48,025 nt of DNA from Acidobacteriota bacterium (GCA_023265365.1 JAHFTY010000005.1:872-48896), one strand, 5' to 3'; counted from the first letter of the stretch, positions 16,402 through 26,699 are shown. Made by a program: numbers and translations. The notes: generated by a model from the letters alone, not told the origin.

Positions 16402-17163
16402 CTACCCCTCACGGCGGATGGCTTGCAGCGTGAAGTCTTCGTCTTTCATGGGCAGGTTGTACTGCAGTTTCTCCAGCTTCAGGACGGTCCGGCTGTTTCG
16501 CTTCAGGTCTTCCACTTCCGTGGTATGAGCGGTCCAGAATCCCTGAACGCTGCGGATGTCCGAGTATTTGATTCGGCGAATGAGACCGGCATTCCTGAAG
16601 TTCTCGATTTGGGCGAGGACGTAGTTATCTTTGCGGATCCACAGGATCGAGTGCGTGTACTGCGACGACTTTGTGCTTTTCGGCCGCGACTCGATTTTCC
16701 AGCACGGGGTTCCGACGAAGGATTCCTCGGCGAGCAGTTTGTAGTCGAACTGGTTCGTGTCGCGTTCCTCGAGATCCTCGAAGCTGAAGTCCGTGCCGAA
16801 GAAGCGGGTTGAGCGGTCCTGCATGGCGATGCGCCGCTCGCGGGCGAGAGAAGGCGTCCACATCCATTGATCGGAAGAGCGGTCCGGATGATTCACAATG
16901 AGCAGCGCCATCCCTTTCACTTCGGCGGGCGCCGTAAATCGCAGCACGGCTTTGCTGTTGCCGTGCGAGCCGATGCGATCGAATACCCAGCGTTTTTCGG
17001 TGACCTTCGTTTTCGCGTCGATGACCTGCAGCGTTCCTTCGTAGCGCTGAGAGCCGGAGCGGGCGCGCCGCTGGGCCTCCTCGACAATTTGTTTTCCGTC
17101 CTGCGCGAACGCAGGCATCCCTCCCGAGACGGCCAGGACCAGTGCGAGAATGAACCTACTCAT
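16402..17163 (-). CDS. LolA-like 'outer membrane lipoprotein-sorting' family protein
   Basis: Signal peptide MSRFILALVLAVSG. Carries KAVLRFTAPAEVKGMALL, DQWMWTPSL.RERRI and GTDFSFEDL. The start overlaps the permease stop. Confidence 0.8.
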   Translation of the reverse strand: MSRFILALVLAVSGGMPAFAQDGKQIVEEAQRRARSGSQRYEGTLQVIDAKTKVTEKRWVFDRIGSHGNSKAVLRFTAPAEVKGMALLIVNHPDRSSDQWMWTPSLARERRIAMQDRSTRFFGTDFSFEDLEERDTNQFDYKLLAEESFVGTPCWKIESRPKSTKSSQYTHSILWIRKDNYVLAQIENFRNAGLIRRIKYSDIRSVQGFWTAHTTEVEDLKRNSRTVLKLEKLQYNLPMKDEDFTLQAIRREG

Positions 17164-19708
17164 ATTCGAGAGCCTCGACAAGACTGCCGCGTACGGCGGA
17201 TTCCGCGGGTCCGACGGCTGCAATGAAGGCCGCGGAAAGAATCGTCGGAATCATCAGCGACATGAATCCGACCGGATAGATGTAGTCCAGGTCGAGTCCA
17301 CCCAGGTCACGTTGGATCATTCCCAGACTGTAGTAGAGATTCACTGCGCCGAGACCCATTCCCAGCACGAGCCCGATGATTCCAATGCCGATCGCTTCGA
17401 GCCACACCGTCCGCCGGATCTGATTCCTCAACCCGCCGACCGCCTGCATGACGCCCAGTTCGCGGCGCCGGTCGGTGATGGAGACGGTGAGGGTATTCAC
17501 GATTCCAAGAACGGCAACCAGGATGGCCACGGCAATCTGGTTGTAGGTCATCGAGAACCACTGGTCCATCAACTTCAGCACGTAGGCGCGGACCTCGCTG
17601 TTGGTCATCACGAGCAGACGGTATTTTCCGGAGAGGCTGTCCGTGATGCGCCGCTTCACTTCCGCGGCATCGGCGTCCTTCCGCAGGTAGACGCGTACGA
17701 CGTTCACGGTGGTGTCGTTCCAGTACTTCAGATACACGCTTCGATCGATGAAGACGGCTCCCTGAAGATCCGAATAGTCGCGGATGACTCCTGCCACGGG
17801 CAGCTTCAGCAGGCCGGACGGTGTCGGTATGTCGAGCATGTCGCCGAGCGTCACGTGCCGCATCGAGGAAAAACCGTCCGAGATGATGGCTCCCTTTCCG
17901 GCGGCGGTGAGCGCATGCATTTCTTTGGAGTTGCCGGCGAGCGGAACGCGTTTCACCTTGCTCAACAGCTTTTCGGTTTCGACCGACACCACCATGATTG
18001 GCGTTCCGCCATAAATCACACGAGCGTCTCGAACGAGTTGAACCTGGTCCACGCCCTCGACGCTTTCAATCGTCTGTCCGACTTCGGCGGGGAACGTAAT
18101 GCTGCGATTCGTGAGGTTCGCCGAATGGGCCACGAAAAAATCCGGGTTGAGGGCGGTCGACATCCACTCGTCCATCGACACGTAGATCGAATTCGTGAAT
18201 CCCCCAAAACCCACCACCATGGCGAGCGAGAGCATCAATGCGGAGACGGTTGCCGATGTCCGTCTCGGCGACTGAATCAAACTGTCGGCGGCGAGCGTGC
18301 CCTCGGCGGGAAGAAACTTTTTCAGCGCGGGCCGCAACGCTTTGGCGAGAAGAAGCGAGACCGCCGGTGCGATCAACAGGCCCGCCAGGATCATCAGGAT
18401 GTAGCCGGTGTAGAACGCGGGCTTCCAGTTGTTGAAAAACAGGCAAACGCCGGAGATCACCACAAGAACCGCGGCCCCGGCTCGTCGTCGCCGGTTTTCG
18501 CCGGCGGAAAGGACCTGGTATTTGCCTTTCTGCAGCGCTTGTATGGGGTCGACGCGGGCCGCGCTGCGGGCAGGAATCCATGCGGCGACGACACTCGTGC
18601 CGATCCCAATCGCCAGGGCGCCCACGATCAACCACGGATCGACGGCCAGTTCATCCAGCCGCTGCGCGACGCCGACGACCTGTTCGGTCAGATCGCCCAT
18701 GTACGAGGAAACGCCGACCGCCATGCCCATACCGGCAAGCACGCCCAGCATCGATCCGAGGAAGCCGGCAACGACGCTTTCCAGAAGAAAGAGCCGCTGC
18801 ACCTGGCTTCGCGTGGCGCCGAGCGCCCGCAGAATTCCGATCTCCGAGCGCCGTTGGGTGACGGCGATCGAGAAGGAGTTGTAGATGATGAACATGCCGA
18901 CGACCATTGCGAACAGGCTCGAGACGCCGGTGGCCGTCGTATAGCTCTGCATCAGCGCGTCGAAGTGCTGTCCGCGCGACGAAGGCGGATCGATTTCGAA
19001 ACCCGGACCCACGGCGCGCTGCACTGCCGCCTTGCATTCGTCCAAGCGAACGCCATCCTTCGCCTTTATCTCGATGCGGTCGAACCGGCGTCCGCGGCCG
19101 AGGACCAGTTGGAGCGCATAGATATCCATGATGGCGAGGTTTCCGCCGAAAGCCTGAGCCATTCCGGTGGAACTCATGATGCCGCGGACCGTGAACTGCT
19201 TTTCGCCCTGCACGGTGAAGAGCGGAATCTTTGCGTTCAAGGCCAGCCCGTTCCGTTCGGCGAACTCCCGGGTGATCAGCAGCGAGTCGGGTTGCGCGAG
19301 GAAAACCAGGGGATCATCGATGATGCTTTCGTCCGCGCTGTCGAGTTCATAATCGCGCAGGCTCCGGTCTCCCGTCATATCGATGCCGAGGATCAGAATA
19401 CTGCCCTGGGTGCGAATCCCCGTCTCGACCGTCGATTCAATGACCGGCACGGCCACACCGACCTCGGGAACATTCTGGACCTGTTCGAGCACCTCTTCCG
19501 GAAAGCCGAACTCCCCGGCTGACACCTGCAACTGAGCGGAGCCCGCAATCTTCTGAACCGTCTTTTCGAATGCGGCGTGAACCGAGCGATTGGCGACATG
19601 CATCGCCACGAAAACCGCCACCCCCAGGACGATTCCCGCGATCGTCAGCGCCCAGCGCAGAACGTGCTTCTTGAGGTAGGGCCAGCTGAGCAGCCGCAGA
19701 AGCATCAT
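17156..19708 (-). CDS. ABC transporter permease with two FtsX/MacB-type domains (YbbP-like)
   Basis: 850 aa. Two copies of the 4-TM FtsX module are each preceded by a large periplasmic domain. The ATG overlaps the ATPase stop (ATGA). Confidence 0.9.
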   Translation of the reverse strand: MMLLRLLSWPYLKKHVLRWALTIAGIVLGVAVFVAMHVANRSVHAAFEKTVQKIAGSAQLQVSAGEFGFPEEVLEQVQNVPEVGVAVPVIESTVETGIRTQGSILILGIDMTGDRSLRDYELDSADESIIDDPLVFLAQPDSLLITREFAERNGLALNAKIPLFTVQGEKQFTVRGIMSSTGMAQAFGGNLAIMDIYALQLVLGRGRRFDRIEIKAKDGVRLDECKAAVQRAVGPGFEIDPPSSRGQHFDALMQSYTTATGVSSLFAMVVGMFIIYNSFSIAVTQRRSEIGILRALGATRSQVQRLFLLESVVAGFLGSMLGVLAGMGMAVGVSSYMGDLTEQVVGVAQRLDELAVDPWLIVGALAIGIGTSVVAAWIPARSAARVDPIQALQKGKYQVLSAGENRRRRAGAAVLVVISGVCLFFNNWKPAFYTGYILMILAGLLIAPAVSLLLAKALRPALKKFLPAEGTLAADSLIQSPRRTSATVSALMLSLAMVVGFGGFTNSIYVSMDEWMSTALNPDFFVAHSANLTNRSITFPAEVGQTIESVEGVDQVQLVRDARVIYGGTPIMVVSVETEKLLSKVKRVPLAGNSKEMHALTAAGKGAIISDGFSSMRHVTLGDMLDIPTPSGLLKLPVAGVIRDYSDLQGAVFIDRSVYLKYWNDTTVNVVRVYLRKDADAAEVKRRITDSLSGKYRLLVMTNSEVRAYVLKLMDQWFSMTYNQIAVAILVAVLGIVNTLTVSITDRRRELGVMQAVGGLRNQIRRTVWLEAIGIGIIGLVLGMGLGAVNLYYSLGMIQRDLGGLDLDYIYPVGFMSLMIPTILSAAFIAAVGPAESAVRGSLVEALEYE

Positions 19709-20379
19709 CGCCGGTTGTCCCCCTCGATTCGTCCATCCCGCAGCCTGATCGTCCGGGCGCACTGAGCCGCCACCCCCATGTCATGCGTCACGATCAGAAC
19801 GGTCGAGCCGAGCCGCGCGTGAAGGTCCTGGATGAGCCTCAGGATTTCTTCGCCGGTGCGGGAGTCGAGGTTTCCGGTCGGCTCGTCCGCCAGCAGAATC
19901 GGGGGATAGACCGACAGCGCCCGCGCGATCGCCACGCGCTGGCGTTCGCCTCCGGACAGTTCTTCAGGCAGGTGCTCGACGCGATGCCCCAGTTGAACGA
20001 GATCGAGCAGCTCGTTTGCCCGGTCCTCGATTTTTTTCCGGGGCCAGTTTCTCAGGTGAAGCGGAAGCGCGACGTTTTCCAGGCAGTTCAGCGTGGGAAG
20101 AAGATTGAAAAACTGAAAGATGAAACCAATCTTGTCGCGGCGAACGCGTGTCAACCCGTCGTCGGAGAGCTGAGCCAGGTTTTCGCCTTCGATCCGGATT
20201 TCGCCGGAGCTGGGCCTGTCCAACCCGCCGATCAGGTTCAGCAGTGTCGATTTTCCGGAACCGGATGGACCGACGATCGATACGACCTCGCCGCGGGGAA
20301 TATGAAGTTCGACATTTTCAAGTGCGGTGGCCCTCCGTTTACCATCGAAGACCTTCGAAACGCGGTTCAAATCAATCAT
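19705..20379 (-). CDS. ABC transporter ATP-binding protein (LolD/MacB/YbbA type)
   Basis: Walker A GPSGSGKST, signature LSGGERQR, Walker B ILLADEPTGNLD. ATG (MIDLNRV) is preferred. A TTG at 20388 is the alternative start. Confidence 0.93.
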   Translation of the reverse strand: MIDLNRVSKVFDGKRRATALENVELHIPRGEVVSIVGPSGSGKSTLLNLIGGLDRPSSGEIRIEGENLAQLSDDGLTRVRRDKIGFIFQFFNLLPTLNCLENVALPLHLRNWPRKKIEDRANELLDLVQLGHRVEHLPEELSGGERQRVAIARALSVYPPILLADEPTGNLDSRTGEEILRLIQDLHARLGSTVLIVTHDMGVAAQCARTIRLRDGRIEGDNRR

Positions 20380-20387
20380 CCCGCTCA

Positions 20388-20393
20388 ATCATA
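20388..20393 (-). promoter_or_regulatory. Candidate -10 hexamer TATGAT, 8 nt upstream of the ABC ATPase ATG
   Basis: Minus strand reads gctgcTATGATtgagcgggATG, with no Shine-Dalgarno sequence. Confidence 0.35.
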
Positions 20394-20500
20394 GCAGCCC
20401 CGCCTTGATTCCATTAGAATCGGTGGGCTGCAACTGTGTGCGCCGGCTCCGGCCGGCGCGTCGGCCATTGGCGACGGCTACGTTGTTTGAAGGAGGGTTC

Positions 20501-23314
20501 ATGAGGAAAAGGATGCTCGGCTCGCTTCTGCTGGTGTTGTTGGTCTCGGCCACGCTCCAGGCTCAGGGGAGGATCACGAATCCGAAAGATCAATTCGGAT
20601 TCAACATCGGCGACGATTACCAACTCGTCAACTACACCGACTACGAAAAGTACATCAAGAAACTGGACCAGGAGTCCGATCGCATGACGCTGCAGGTGAT
20701 CGGCAAGTCCGAGGAAGGCCGCCCGATGTACCTCGCGGTGATCACGTCGCCCGAGAACCACAAGAAACTTGACCGGTACAAACAGATCGCCAAACAACTC
20801 ACCCTTGCCGAAGGAATCACCGACGCTCAGGCGAAGGCGATGGCGCAGGAAGGCAAGACGATTGTCTGGATCGACGGCGGCATTCACGCCACGGAGGTTC
20901 TTGGGGCGCAACAGTTGATCGAGCAGATTTATCAGATGGTGAGCCGCACCGATGCGGAAACGATGCGATTCCTGAACGACACCATCGGCATCTATTGCCT
21001 CGTCAACCCCGACGGAATGGAGCTCGTCTCGAACTGGTACAACCGGGAGCCCGATCCGAAGAAACGGTCCACCGGTGGTGTGCCTGTTCTTTACAACAAG
21101 TACGCCGGACACGACGACAATCGCGATTTCTTCATGGTGAACCTCTCCGAGTCCGACGCCATTAACCGCGTTCTCTACCGCGATTTTTTCCCGGAGGTGA
21201 TGTACAACCACCACCAGACCGGTCCCGCGGGCACAATCATGTTTTCGCCTCCCTTCCGCGATCCTTTCAATTACAACTTCGATCCGCTCGTGATCTCGGA
21301 GCTGGACGAGGTTTCGGCGGCCATCCACAGCCGGATGATCGAAGAAGGAAAGCCCGGCGTCACGATGCGTTCCGGGGCGAACTATTCGACCTGGTACAAC
21401 GGCGGTCTGCGAACCACGACCTATTTTCACAACATGGTGGGCATCCTCACCGAAACGATCGGCAATCCGACGCCGGTGGAAGTGCCGCTGATCTTCTCTC
21501 AACAGCTTCCGCACCAGGATCTCCCGTTTCCCGTGCCTCCCGGCGTGTGGCACTTCCGGCAGTCGATCGACTATTCGATCACCGCGAACCGCGCGATCCT
21601 CGACGTTGCGTCCCGGAATCGCGAACGGTATCTCTACAACATGTACGTGAAAGGGAAGAACTCGACCGAGCGCGGCAACCGCGACTCGTGGACCGTCAGC
21701 CAGCACAAGCTTCAGGCCGTTCAGGATCTGGCTCTGGCCGACCGTCAGGCCGGGCAGCGCGGCGCACCTGCGGCCGGCGGGCGCGGCGGCGGTGGCGGCC
21801 GCGGAAACGCCAGCTTCAACGGCGACGAAGCGCAGAAGTACTGGAAGATGATCCAGGCGCCCGACAAGCGGGACCCGCGCGGCTACATTCTTCCATCGGA
21901 CCAGCCGGACTTTCTAACCGCCGTCAAGTTTCTGAATACTTTGATCAAGAACGGCGTCACGCTTCATCGTGCGACCGCCAACTTCACGGTGAACGGGAAG
22001 AGCTATCCCTCGGGATCCTTCGTGGTGAAAACGGCGCAGGCCTATCGGCCGCATATTCTCGACATGTTCGAGCCGCAGGACCATCCCGACGACTTTGCTT
22101 ACCCGGGGGCTCCGCCGACTCCTCCTTATGACAACACGGGCTGGACGCTTGCCTTCGAGATGGGCGTGAAGTTCGACCGCATCCTTGACGCGTTCGACTG
22201 TCCGTGCCAGAAACTCCCGGTGGAGGAACTGAAACCGCCGGCCGGCAAGGTGACGACGATTTCGAGCGCTCCGGCCGGATACCTGCTCACCCATGACACA
22301 AACGACTCGTTCCTGGCGATCAATCGACTTCTCGCGGCGAAGGAAAACGTTTACTCCATCAAGAATTCGTTCGGCGCCAACGGCAAGACGTATCCCGCAG
22401 GAACTCATTTCATCCCCGCCAAGGCAACCACTCTGCCTCTTCTGCAAAAGCTTGCCGGCGACGCCGGCCTGACGTTCGAAGCCACAGCGGCCAAGCCGGC
22501 CGGAGAAGCCATGATGCTGCGGCCGATGAAAGTCGGTTTGTTCGATCGCTACGGCGGCTCGATGCCGACCGGCTGGATTCGCCAGCAACTGGAACGATTC
22601 GGATTCAATTTCGAACTCGTGTTCCCGCCAACGCTGGATGCCGGCAACCTTGCCCGGAAGTACGACGTCCTCATTTTCCCGGACGACGCCATTCCTGAAG
22701 GCGGCGGCGCTGGTTTCGGCGGTGGCGGAGCGGCGTCCTCGAACATTCCGCCGGAGTTTGCCGCGCGGATGGGCAATGTGACCGATGCGAAGACCATTCC
22801 GGAAATCAAGAAGTTCCTCGAAGATGGCGGAACGGCCCTGGTCATCGGAGGGTCCACCTCTCTCGGTTATAAGCTCGGCCTGCCGATCGCCAACGCGCTC
22901 ACCGAAAATGTGAACGGCCGGGAAGTCAACCTGCCTCAGACCAGGTTCTACATTCCGGGCTCGGTCCTGCAGGCCAAAGTGGACAACACCACACCGCTGG
23001 CCTGGGGCATGCCTGGCCGCGCCGACGTGTTCTTCGACAGCAGCCCGGCGTTCAAGCTGAAGCCGGAGGCCGCGGCCGCCGGCGTCAGGCCGGTTGCGGT
23101 GTATGACTCCGCCACACCGGTGAGGAGCGGATGGGGATGGGGTCAAAGTGCTCTGAAGGATACCGTGGCGATCGTTGAAGCGCCGGTGGGCAAAGGGAAA
23201 GTATTTTTGTTTGGCCCGGAGATCATGTTCCGCGGGCAGCCGCACGGAACCTTCAAATTCTTGTTCAACGGGATTTATTACGGCAGGACCGAGACCGTGA
23301 ATTTGAACCAGTAG
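20501..23314 (+). CDS. Large exported M14-family zinc carboxypeptidase-like protein
   Basis: AGGAGGG Shine-Dalgarno sequence and signal peptide. Carries SEEGRPMYLAVITSPEN, IDGGIHATE and NPDG. The long C-terminal extension has two Gly-rich inserts. Confidence 0.85.
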   Translation: MRKRMLGSLLLVLLVSATLQAQGRITNPKDQFGFNIGDDYQLVNYTDYEKYIKKLDQESDRMTLQVIGKSEEGRPMYLAVITSPENHKKLDRYKQIAKQLTLAEGITDAQAKAMAQEGKTIVWIDGGIHATEVLGAQQLIEQIYQMVSRTDAETMRFLNDTIGIYCLVNPDGMELVSNWYNREPDPKKRSTGGVPVLYNKYAGHDDNRDFFMVNLSESDAINRVLYRDFFPEVMYNHHQTGPAGTIMFSPPFRDPFNYNFDPLVISELDEVSAAIHSRMIEEGKPGVTMRSGANYSTWYNGGLRTTTYFHNMVGILTETIGNPTPVEVPLIFSQQLPHQDLPFPVPPGVWHFRQSIDYSITANRAILDVASRNRERYLYNMYVKGKNSTERGNRDSWTVSQHKLQAVQDLALADRQAGQRGAPAAGGRGGGGGRGNASFNGDEAQKYWKMIQAPDKRDPRGYILPSDQPDFLTAVKFLNTLIKNGVTLHRATANFTVNGKSYPSGSFVVKTAQAYRPHILDMFEPQDHPDDFAYPGAPPTPPYDNTGWTLAFEMGVKFDRILDAFDCPCQKLPVEELKPPAGKVTTISSAPAGYLLTHDTNDSFLAINRLLAAKENVYSIKNSFGANGKTYPAGTHFIPAKATTLPLLQKLAGDAGLTFEATAAKPAGEAMMLRPMKVGLFDRYGGSMPTGWIRQQLERFGFNFELVFPPTLDAGNLARKYDVLIFPDDAIPEGGGAGFGGGGAASSNIPPEFAARMGNVTDAKTIPEIKKFLEDGGTALVIGGSTSLGYKLGLPIANALTENVNGREVNLPQTRFYIPGSVLQAKVDNTTPLAWGMPGRADVFFDSSPAFKLKPEAAAAGVRPVAVYDSATPVRSGWGWGQSALKDTVAIVEAPVGKGKVFLFGPEIMFRGQPHGTFKFLFNGIYYGRTETVNLNQ

Positions 23315-23316
23315 GC

Positions 23317-23590
23317 GTTCGAAGCGCCGGCCGCCCCGCCGCTCCAACATTCCCTAAGCGAGAAAAAACGTTGGGCGATGCGGTCTGGTAATGACATGAA
23401 GCCGTGGAGTCGCAGGACGAGGACTTTTCCCCGCCTTGGCCAAGGCGAGGTGCCGCGGAGCGGCGGGGCGGTTCGTTCAACAAACCCAAATCTTTGGAAA
23501 GCACCACCCCGGCGCTTCGCGCCACCCCTCCTCGTCGAGGAGGGGAAAACGCTTTTCCTCGATTTCGCTTCATGGGGACAGCAGTGTTTT
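23317..23590. repeat. Mosaic repeat, complete reversed copy (E-L-H2-H1-T)
   Basis: The reverse complement of 23348-23584 aligns end to end with 8596-8821, about nine-tenths identical by eye. Lies between convergent stops. Confidence 0.85.
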
Positions 23591-23615
23591 CCCGTCCTGG
23601 CGACTCAGGAGATTA

Positions 23616-25445
23616 CTAACCGAGCCGCGTTTCCAGTGCGTCGACTTGTTTCCTGATTCCTTCGGGCAGGCGGTCCCCAAACGTCGCGAAGTATGCGCGC
23701 ATCGCGGGGATTTCGTTTTTCCAGCCCTGGATATCGACCTTCAGGAGTTTCTCCACCACCACGCGCGTGATGTCCATGCCGCTCATGTCGAGATCTTCCG
23801 GCCGGGGCAGCCGGCCGATCGCCGTATCCACGGCGTTCGCGGTTCCGTTGCATCGTTCGAAGACCCATTTCAGAACGCGGCTGTTTTCGCCGTAGCCGGG
23901 CCAGATGAACTTTCCGTTCTCGTCCTGGCGGAACCAGTTGACCGAGAAAATCTTCGGAAGACGCGCGCCCGCCCGTTCGCCGATCTTCAGCCAGTGGCCG
24001 AAATAGTCGCCCATGTTGTAACCGCAGAAGGGAAGCATGGCCATCGGGTCGCGGCGCAGTTGTCCAACTTTGCCGGCGGCGGCGGCCGTGGTTTCGCTGC
24101 TTGTGGAGGCGCCGAGGAAAGTGCCGTGCTGCCAGTCGAAAGCTTCGGTCACGAGGGGAACGACCGTTCCGCGCCGTCCGCCGAACAGGATGGCGTCGAT
24201 CGGCACTCCGCGCGGATCTTCCCATTCGGCGGCGATTGCGGGGCACTGCCTTGCGGGGGTGGTGAATCGGGCGTTCGGGTGAGCGGCCTTGCGGTTCGAA
24301 GCGGGGGTCCAGGGACGTCGAAGCCAATCCATTAGCTGGGAGGGCTTCTCGTCGGTCATCCCTTCCCACCACACGTCGTCGGCGGCGGTGATCGCACAGT
24401 TGGTAAAGATCGAGTTTTTGGTCACGGTCGCCATCGCATTGGGGTTTGACGACATGCCGGTGCCCGGAGCGACGCCGAAGAAACCGGACTCCGGATTGAT
24501 GGCATAGAGCCGTCCGTCAGGCCCGAACTTCATCCAGCAGATATCGTCTCCCACCGTTTCGACCTTCCAGCCCGGAGTCGTCGGAATCAGCATCGCGAGA
24601 TTCGTTTTGCCGCACGCCGACGGGAAAGCGCCGGTGATGTACTTCACCTCGCCTGCCGGACTCGTGATCTTCAGGATGAGCATGTGCTCGGCCAGCCAGC
24701 CCTCGTCGCGCGCCTGAACGGAAGCGATGCGCAGCGCGTGGCATTTCTTTCCAAGCAACGCGTTTCCGCCGTAGCCCGACCCGTATGACCATATCTCGCG
24801 GGTCTCCGGAAAATGACAAATGTATTTCCGGTTGGGATCGTTCGGCCACGTGTCGTCCTGCTGGTTCGGCGCCAGCGGCGCGCCGACGGTGTGGACGCCC
24901 TTGACGAACTCCCCGTCGTTCCCGATCGCTTCGAGCACGCGTGTGCCGACGCGTGCCATGATGTGCATGTTGGCGACGACGTAGGGCGAGTCCGAAATCT
25001 CGACGCCGATTTTCGAAATCGGCGAGCCCAGGGGACCCATGCAATACGGAATGACATACATGGTCCGGCCCGCCATCGAGCCTGTAAAAAGCTCGTTGAG
25101 TTTCTGCTGCATCCGGAGAGGATCTTCCCAGTTGTTGTTGGGTCCGGCGTCTTCCTTCTTTTCGGAGCAGATGAAGGTGCGGTCTTCGACGCGGGCGACG
25201 TCGGCGGGATTGGAACGGACAAGAATGCTGTTGGGACGGATATTCGGGTTGAGCGGGATGGCGGTTCCCGCCTGGACCATGGCGTGAAGCATGGACTGGT
25301 ATTCCTGTTCCGATCCGTCACACCAGTGAATCCGCTCGGGACCCGTGAGGGAAGCGATCTCGCGGACCCATTGCAAAAGCTTCTTGTGCGCCACCTTATC
25401 GGCAATATCGTTCCCGGCCGTTTCGTGCGTTTGCGTGGTTGTCAT
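23616..25445 (-). CDS. pckG: Phosphoenolpyruvate carboxykinase (GTP)
   Basis: 609 aa. Carries SACGKTN (P-loop) and FGYNMGDYF-like CGYNMGDYF. Overall collinear with GTP-PEPCK. Confidence 0.95.
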   Translation of the reverse strand: MTTTQTHETAGNDIADKVAHKKLLQWVREIASLTGPERIHWCDGSEQEYQSMLHAMVQAGTAIPLNPNIRPNSILVRSNPADVARVEDRTFICSEKKEDAGPNNNWEDPLRMQQKLNELFTGSMAGRTMYVIPYCMGPLGSPISKIGVEISDSPYVVANMHIMARVGTRVLEAIGNDGEFVKGVHTVGAPLAPNQQDDTWPNDPNRKYICHFPETREIWSYGSGYGGNALLGKKCHALRIASVQARDEGWLAEHMLILKITSPAGEVKYITGAFPSACGKTNLAMLIPTTPGWKVETVGDDICWMKFGPDGRLYAINPESGFFGVAPGTGMSSNPNAMATVTKNSIFTNCAITAADDVWWEGMTDEKPSQLMDWLRRPWTPASNRKAAHPNARFTTPARQCPAIAAEWEDPRGVPIDAILFGGRRGTVVPLVTEAFDWQHGTFLGASTSSETTAAAAGKVGQLRRDPMAMLPFCGYNMGDYFGHWLKIGERAGARLPKIFSVNWFRQDENGKFIWPGYGENSRVLKWVFERCNGTANAVDTAIGRLPRPEDLDMSGMDITRVVVEKLLKVDIQGWKNEIPAMRAYFATFGDRLPEGIRKQVDALETRLG

Positions 25446-25585
25446 AAATGAGTTCGTCTTTTGATGAAAGAATTTAAGTTATTGAAAGTGGGCGCTCTAG
25501 CGTACCTGAATAGGAAAGCTTAGTTTCAGCGTCATTCTGCCAAAATTAGAGGCCGAATTCATATTTTTTCAGGTGGGCATTGAAA

Positions 25586-26095
25586 ATGGCCATTTCCGAT
25601 TATCTCCGAAGCGTCCGCGCAAAAGTCGGTCACGACCTGCTGGTGCTGCCGTCCGCCGCCGCAGTGGTTCGGGACGATCGCGGCCGCGTGCTTTTCGGCC
25701 TTCACGCGGACAAAAAAATCTGGGTTGTGCCTGGCGGTCTCGTCGAACCTGGAGAACTGCCTGCAGACGCTGCCGTTCGAGAAACCTGGGAAGAGACCGG
25801 TCTTCTCATTGAACTGACCGGCCTGCTCGGCGTGGTCGGCGGGCCGGACCTGGTGATCCATTACGACAACGGAGATGTGGCTTCCTATGTCGGCACGATC
25901 TTCCGTGCGCGGGCCGTCGGGGGCGAACTCGAGGCGGACGGTTCGGAGACCCTGGATGTCCGCTACATGTCCCGGACGGAGTTGGAGAAAGTGGAACATT
26001 CAGCCTGGATTCACGCGGCCCTGGATTTGATTTTCGCGAGGTCCGGCGAACACGCATTTCAACCCGCGACGTGGAAGCCGCCGGCCCGCCCTTGA
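25586..26095 (+). CDS. NUDIX hydrolase
   Basis: Nudix box GGLVEPGELPADAAVRETWEETG. ATG preceded by AGGTGGG. The ORF track's TTG lies 6 nt upstream. Confidence 0.85.
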   Translation: MAISDYLRSVRAKVGHDLLVLPSAAAVVRDDRGRVLFGLHADKKIWVVPGGLVEPGELPADAAVRETWEETGLLIELTGLLGVVGGPDLVIHYDNGDVASYVGTIFRARAVGGELEADGSETLDVRYMSRTELEKVEHSAWIHAALDLIFARSGEHAFQPATWKPPARP

Positions 26096-26104
26096 TTCGG
26101 GCAT

Positions 26105-26143
26105 CGCATTCCCTAAGCGAGAAAAAACGTTGGGCGATGCGGT
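26105..26143. repeat. Isolated E module of the mosaic repeat (reversed)
   Basis: cattccctaagcgagaaaaaacgttgggcgatgcggt is near-identical to 23348-23386. Confidence 0.7.
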
Positions 26144-26192
26144 GTTGTCCAGCCCCGGGCTTCCACGGTCTTGGCGATCCGGACCGATCGGC

Positions 26193-26693
26193 CTACCGCA
26201 ACATACGGAGCTGTTTCGAGGTCATCATCCATAAGAGCGTGCCGGGGACCTTGGGCGGCACGCGTTCCACTTCGACGGCACACACGCCGCTTTTCTTCAG
26301 ATCCAGCTGCATGCTTGTGGAGTGGCAGAGAAGGTATGCGGCCAGGTCGCTCAGCAGAGGATTGTGGCCGACCAGCATGACGTTCTTCAGCGCCTGCTTC
26401 TTGACCAGCGCGTTCATCACTTCTTCGACGCTCCGGTCGCCGGCGAGTTCGTCCATTTCGTAGAGCCGTTCGCCGATCTCGAGCACGTCACACGCGATCT
26501 TCGCCGTTTGCTGTGCCCGCAGCCAGGGACTGGTGAACGCGGCGTCCAACTCGATGTCGAGTTTCTTCAGACCTTCCGCGGATTGTTTTGTCCTTTTGAT
26601 TCCTTCGTCGACCAGGGGACGGGCCGCATCGGACGAGATGGCGGGGTCGGCCCTCGAAAGCGCCTCGCCGTGCCTCAGCAGGTATATTCGCAT
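26193..26693 (-). CDS. sixA: Phosphohistidine phosphatase SixA (histidine phosphatase superfamily)
   Basis: MRIYLLRHGEA (RHG catalytic motif), SPWLRAQQTA and VGHNP. 166 aa. Confidence 0.85.
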   Translation of the reverse strand: MRIYLLRHGEALSRADPAISSDAARPLVDEGIKRTKQSAEGLKKLDIELDAAFTSPWLRAQQTAKIACDVLEIGERLYEMDELAGDRSVEEVMNALVKKQALKNVMLVGHNPLLSDLAAYLLCHSTSMQLDLKKSGVCAVEVERVPPKVPGTLLWMMTSKQLRMLR

Positions 26694-26699
26694 CTTCGC

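Noticed and set aside
16083-16412. N-terminal extensions of real genes suggested by the ORF track. Besides this barrel ORF, these include 28622-29008 (PPOX), 30063-30224 (tRNA-binding protein), 45051-45947 (pstA), 2850-3017 (methyltransferase), 20327-20500 (M14) and 36363-36425 (phoD).
   Set aside because: The extensions run through repeat DNA, overlap the upstream gene out of frame, or lack a Shine-Dalgarno sequence. Internal starts give proper signal peptides, Shine-Dalgarno sequences or coupled overlaps.
17150-19522. 790-aa plus-strand ORF, the longest unexplained ORF in the track
   Set aside because: It is antisense to the clearly homologous double-FtsX permease. Its translation is Arg/Gly/His/Asp-rich low complexity with no family resemblance. 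This is a typical shadow ORF of GC-rich DNA.
21740-22760. Gly/Arg-rich low-complexity inserts in the M14 peptidase (GGRGGGGGRGN and GGGAGFGGGGAAS)
   Set aside because: They are in frame and flanked by well-behaved sequence. They are most simply flexible linkers, with no evidence of a separate feature.
20414-23350. Two long minus-strand ORFs (430 and 478 aa) opposite the M14 peptidase
   Set aside because: Shadow ORFs. The plus strand has a signal peptide, M14 motifs and a strong Shine-Dalgarno sequence. Other shadow ORFs were rejected on the same basis:
- 9622-10374
- 10824-11780
- 12776-13561
- 23436-25451 (several frames)
- 26322-27470
- 30406-33081
- 38305-39561
- 40253-41983
- 42157-43432
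- 43552-45161
- 45964-47154
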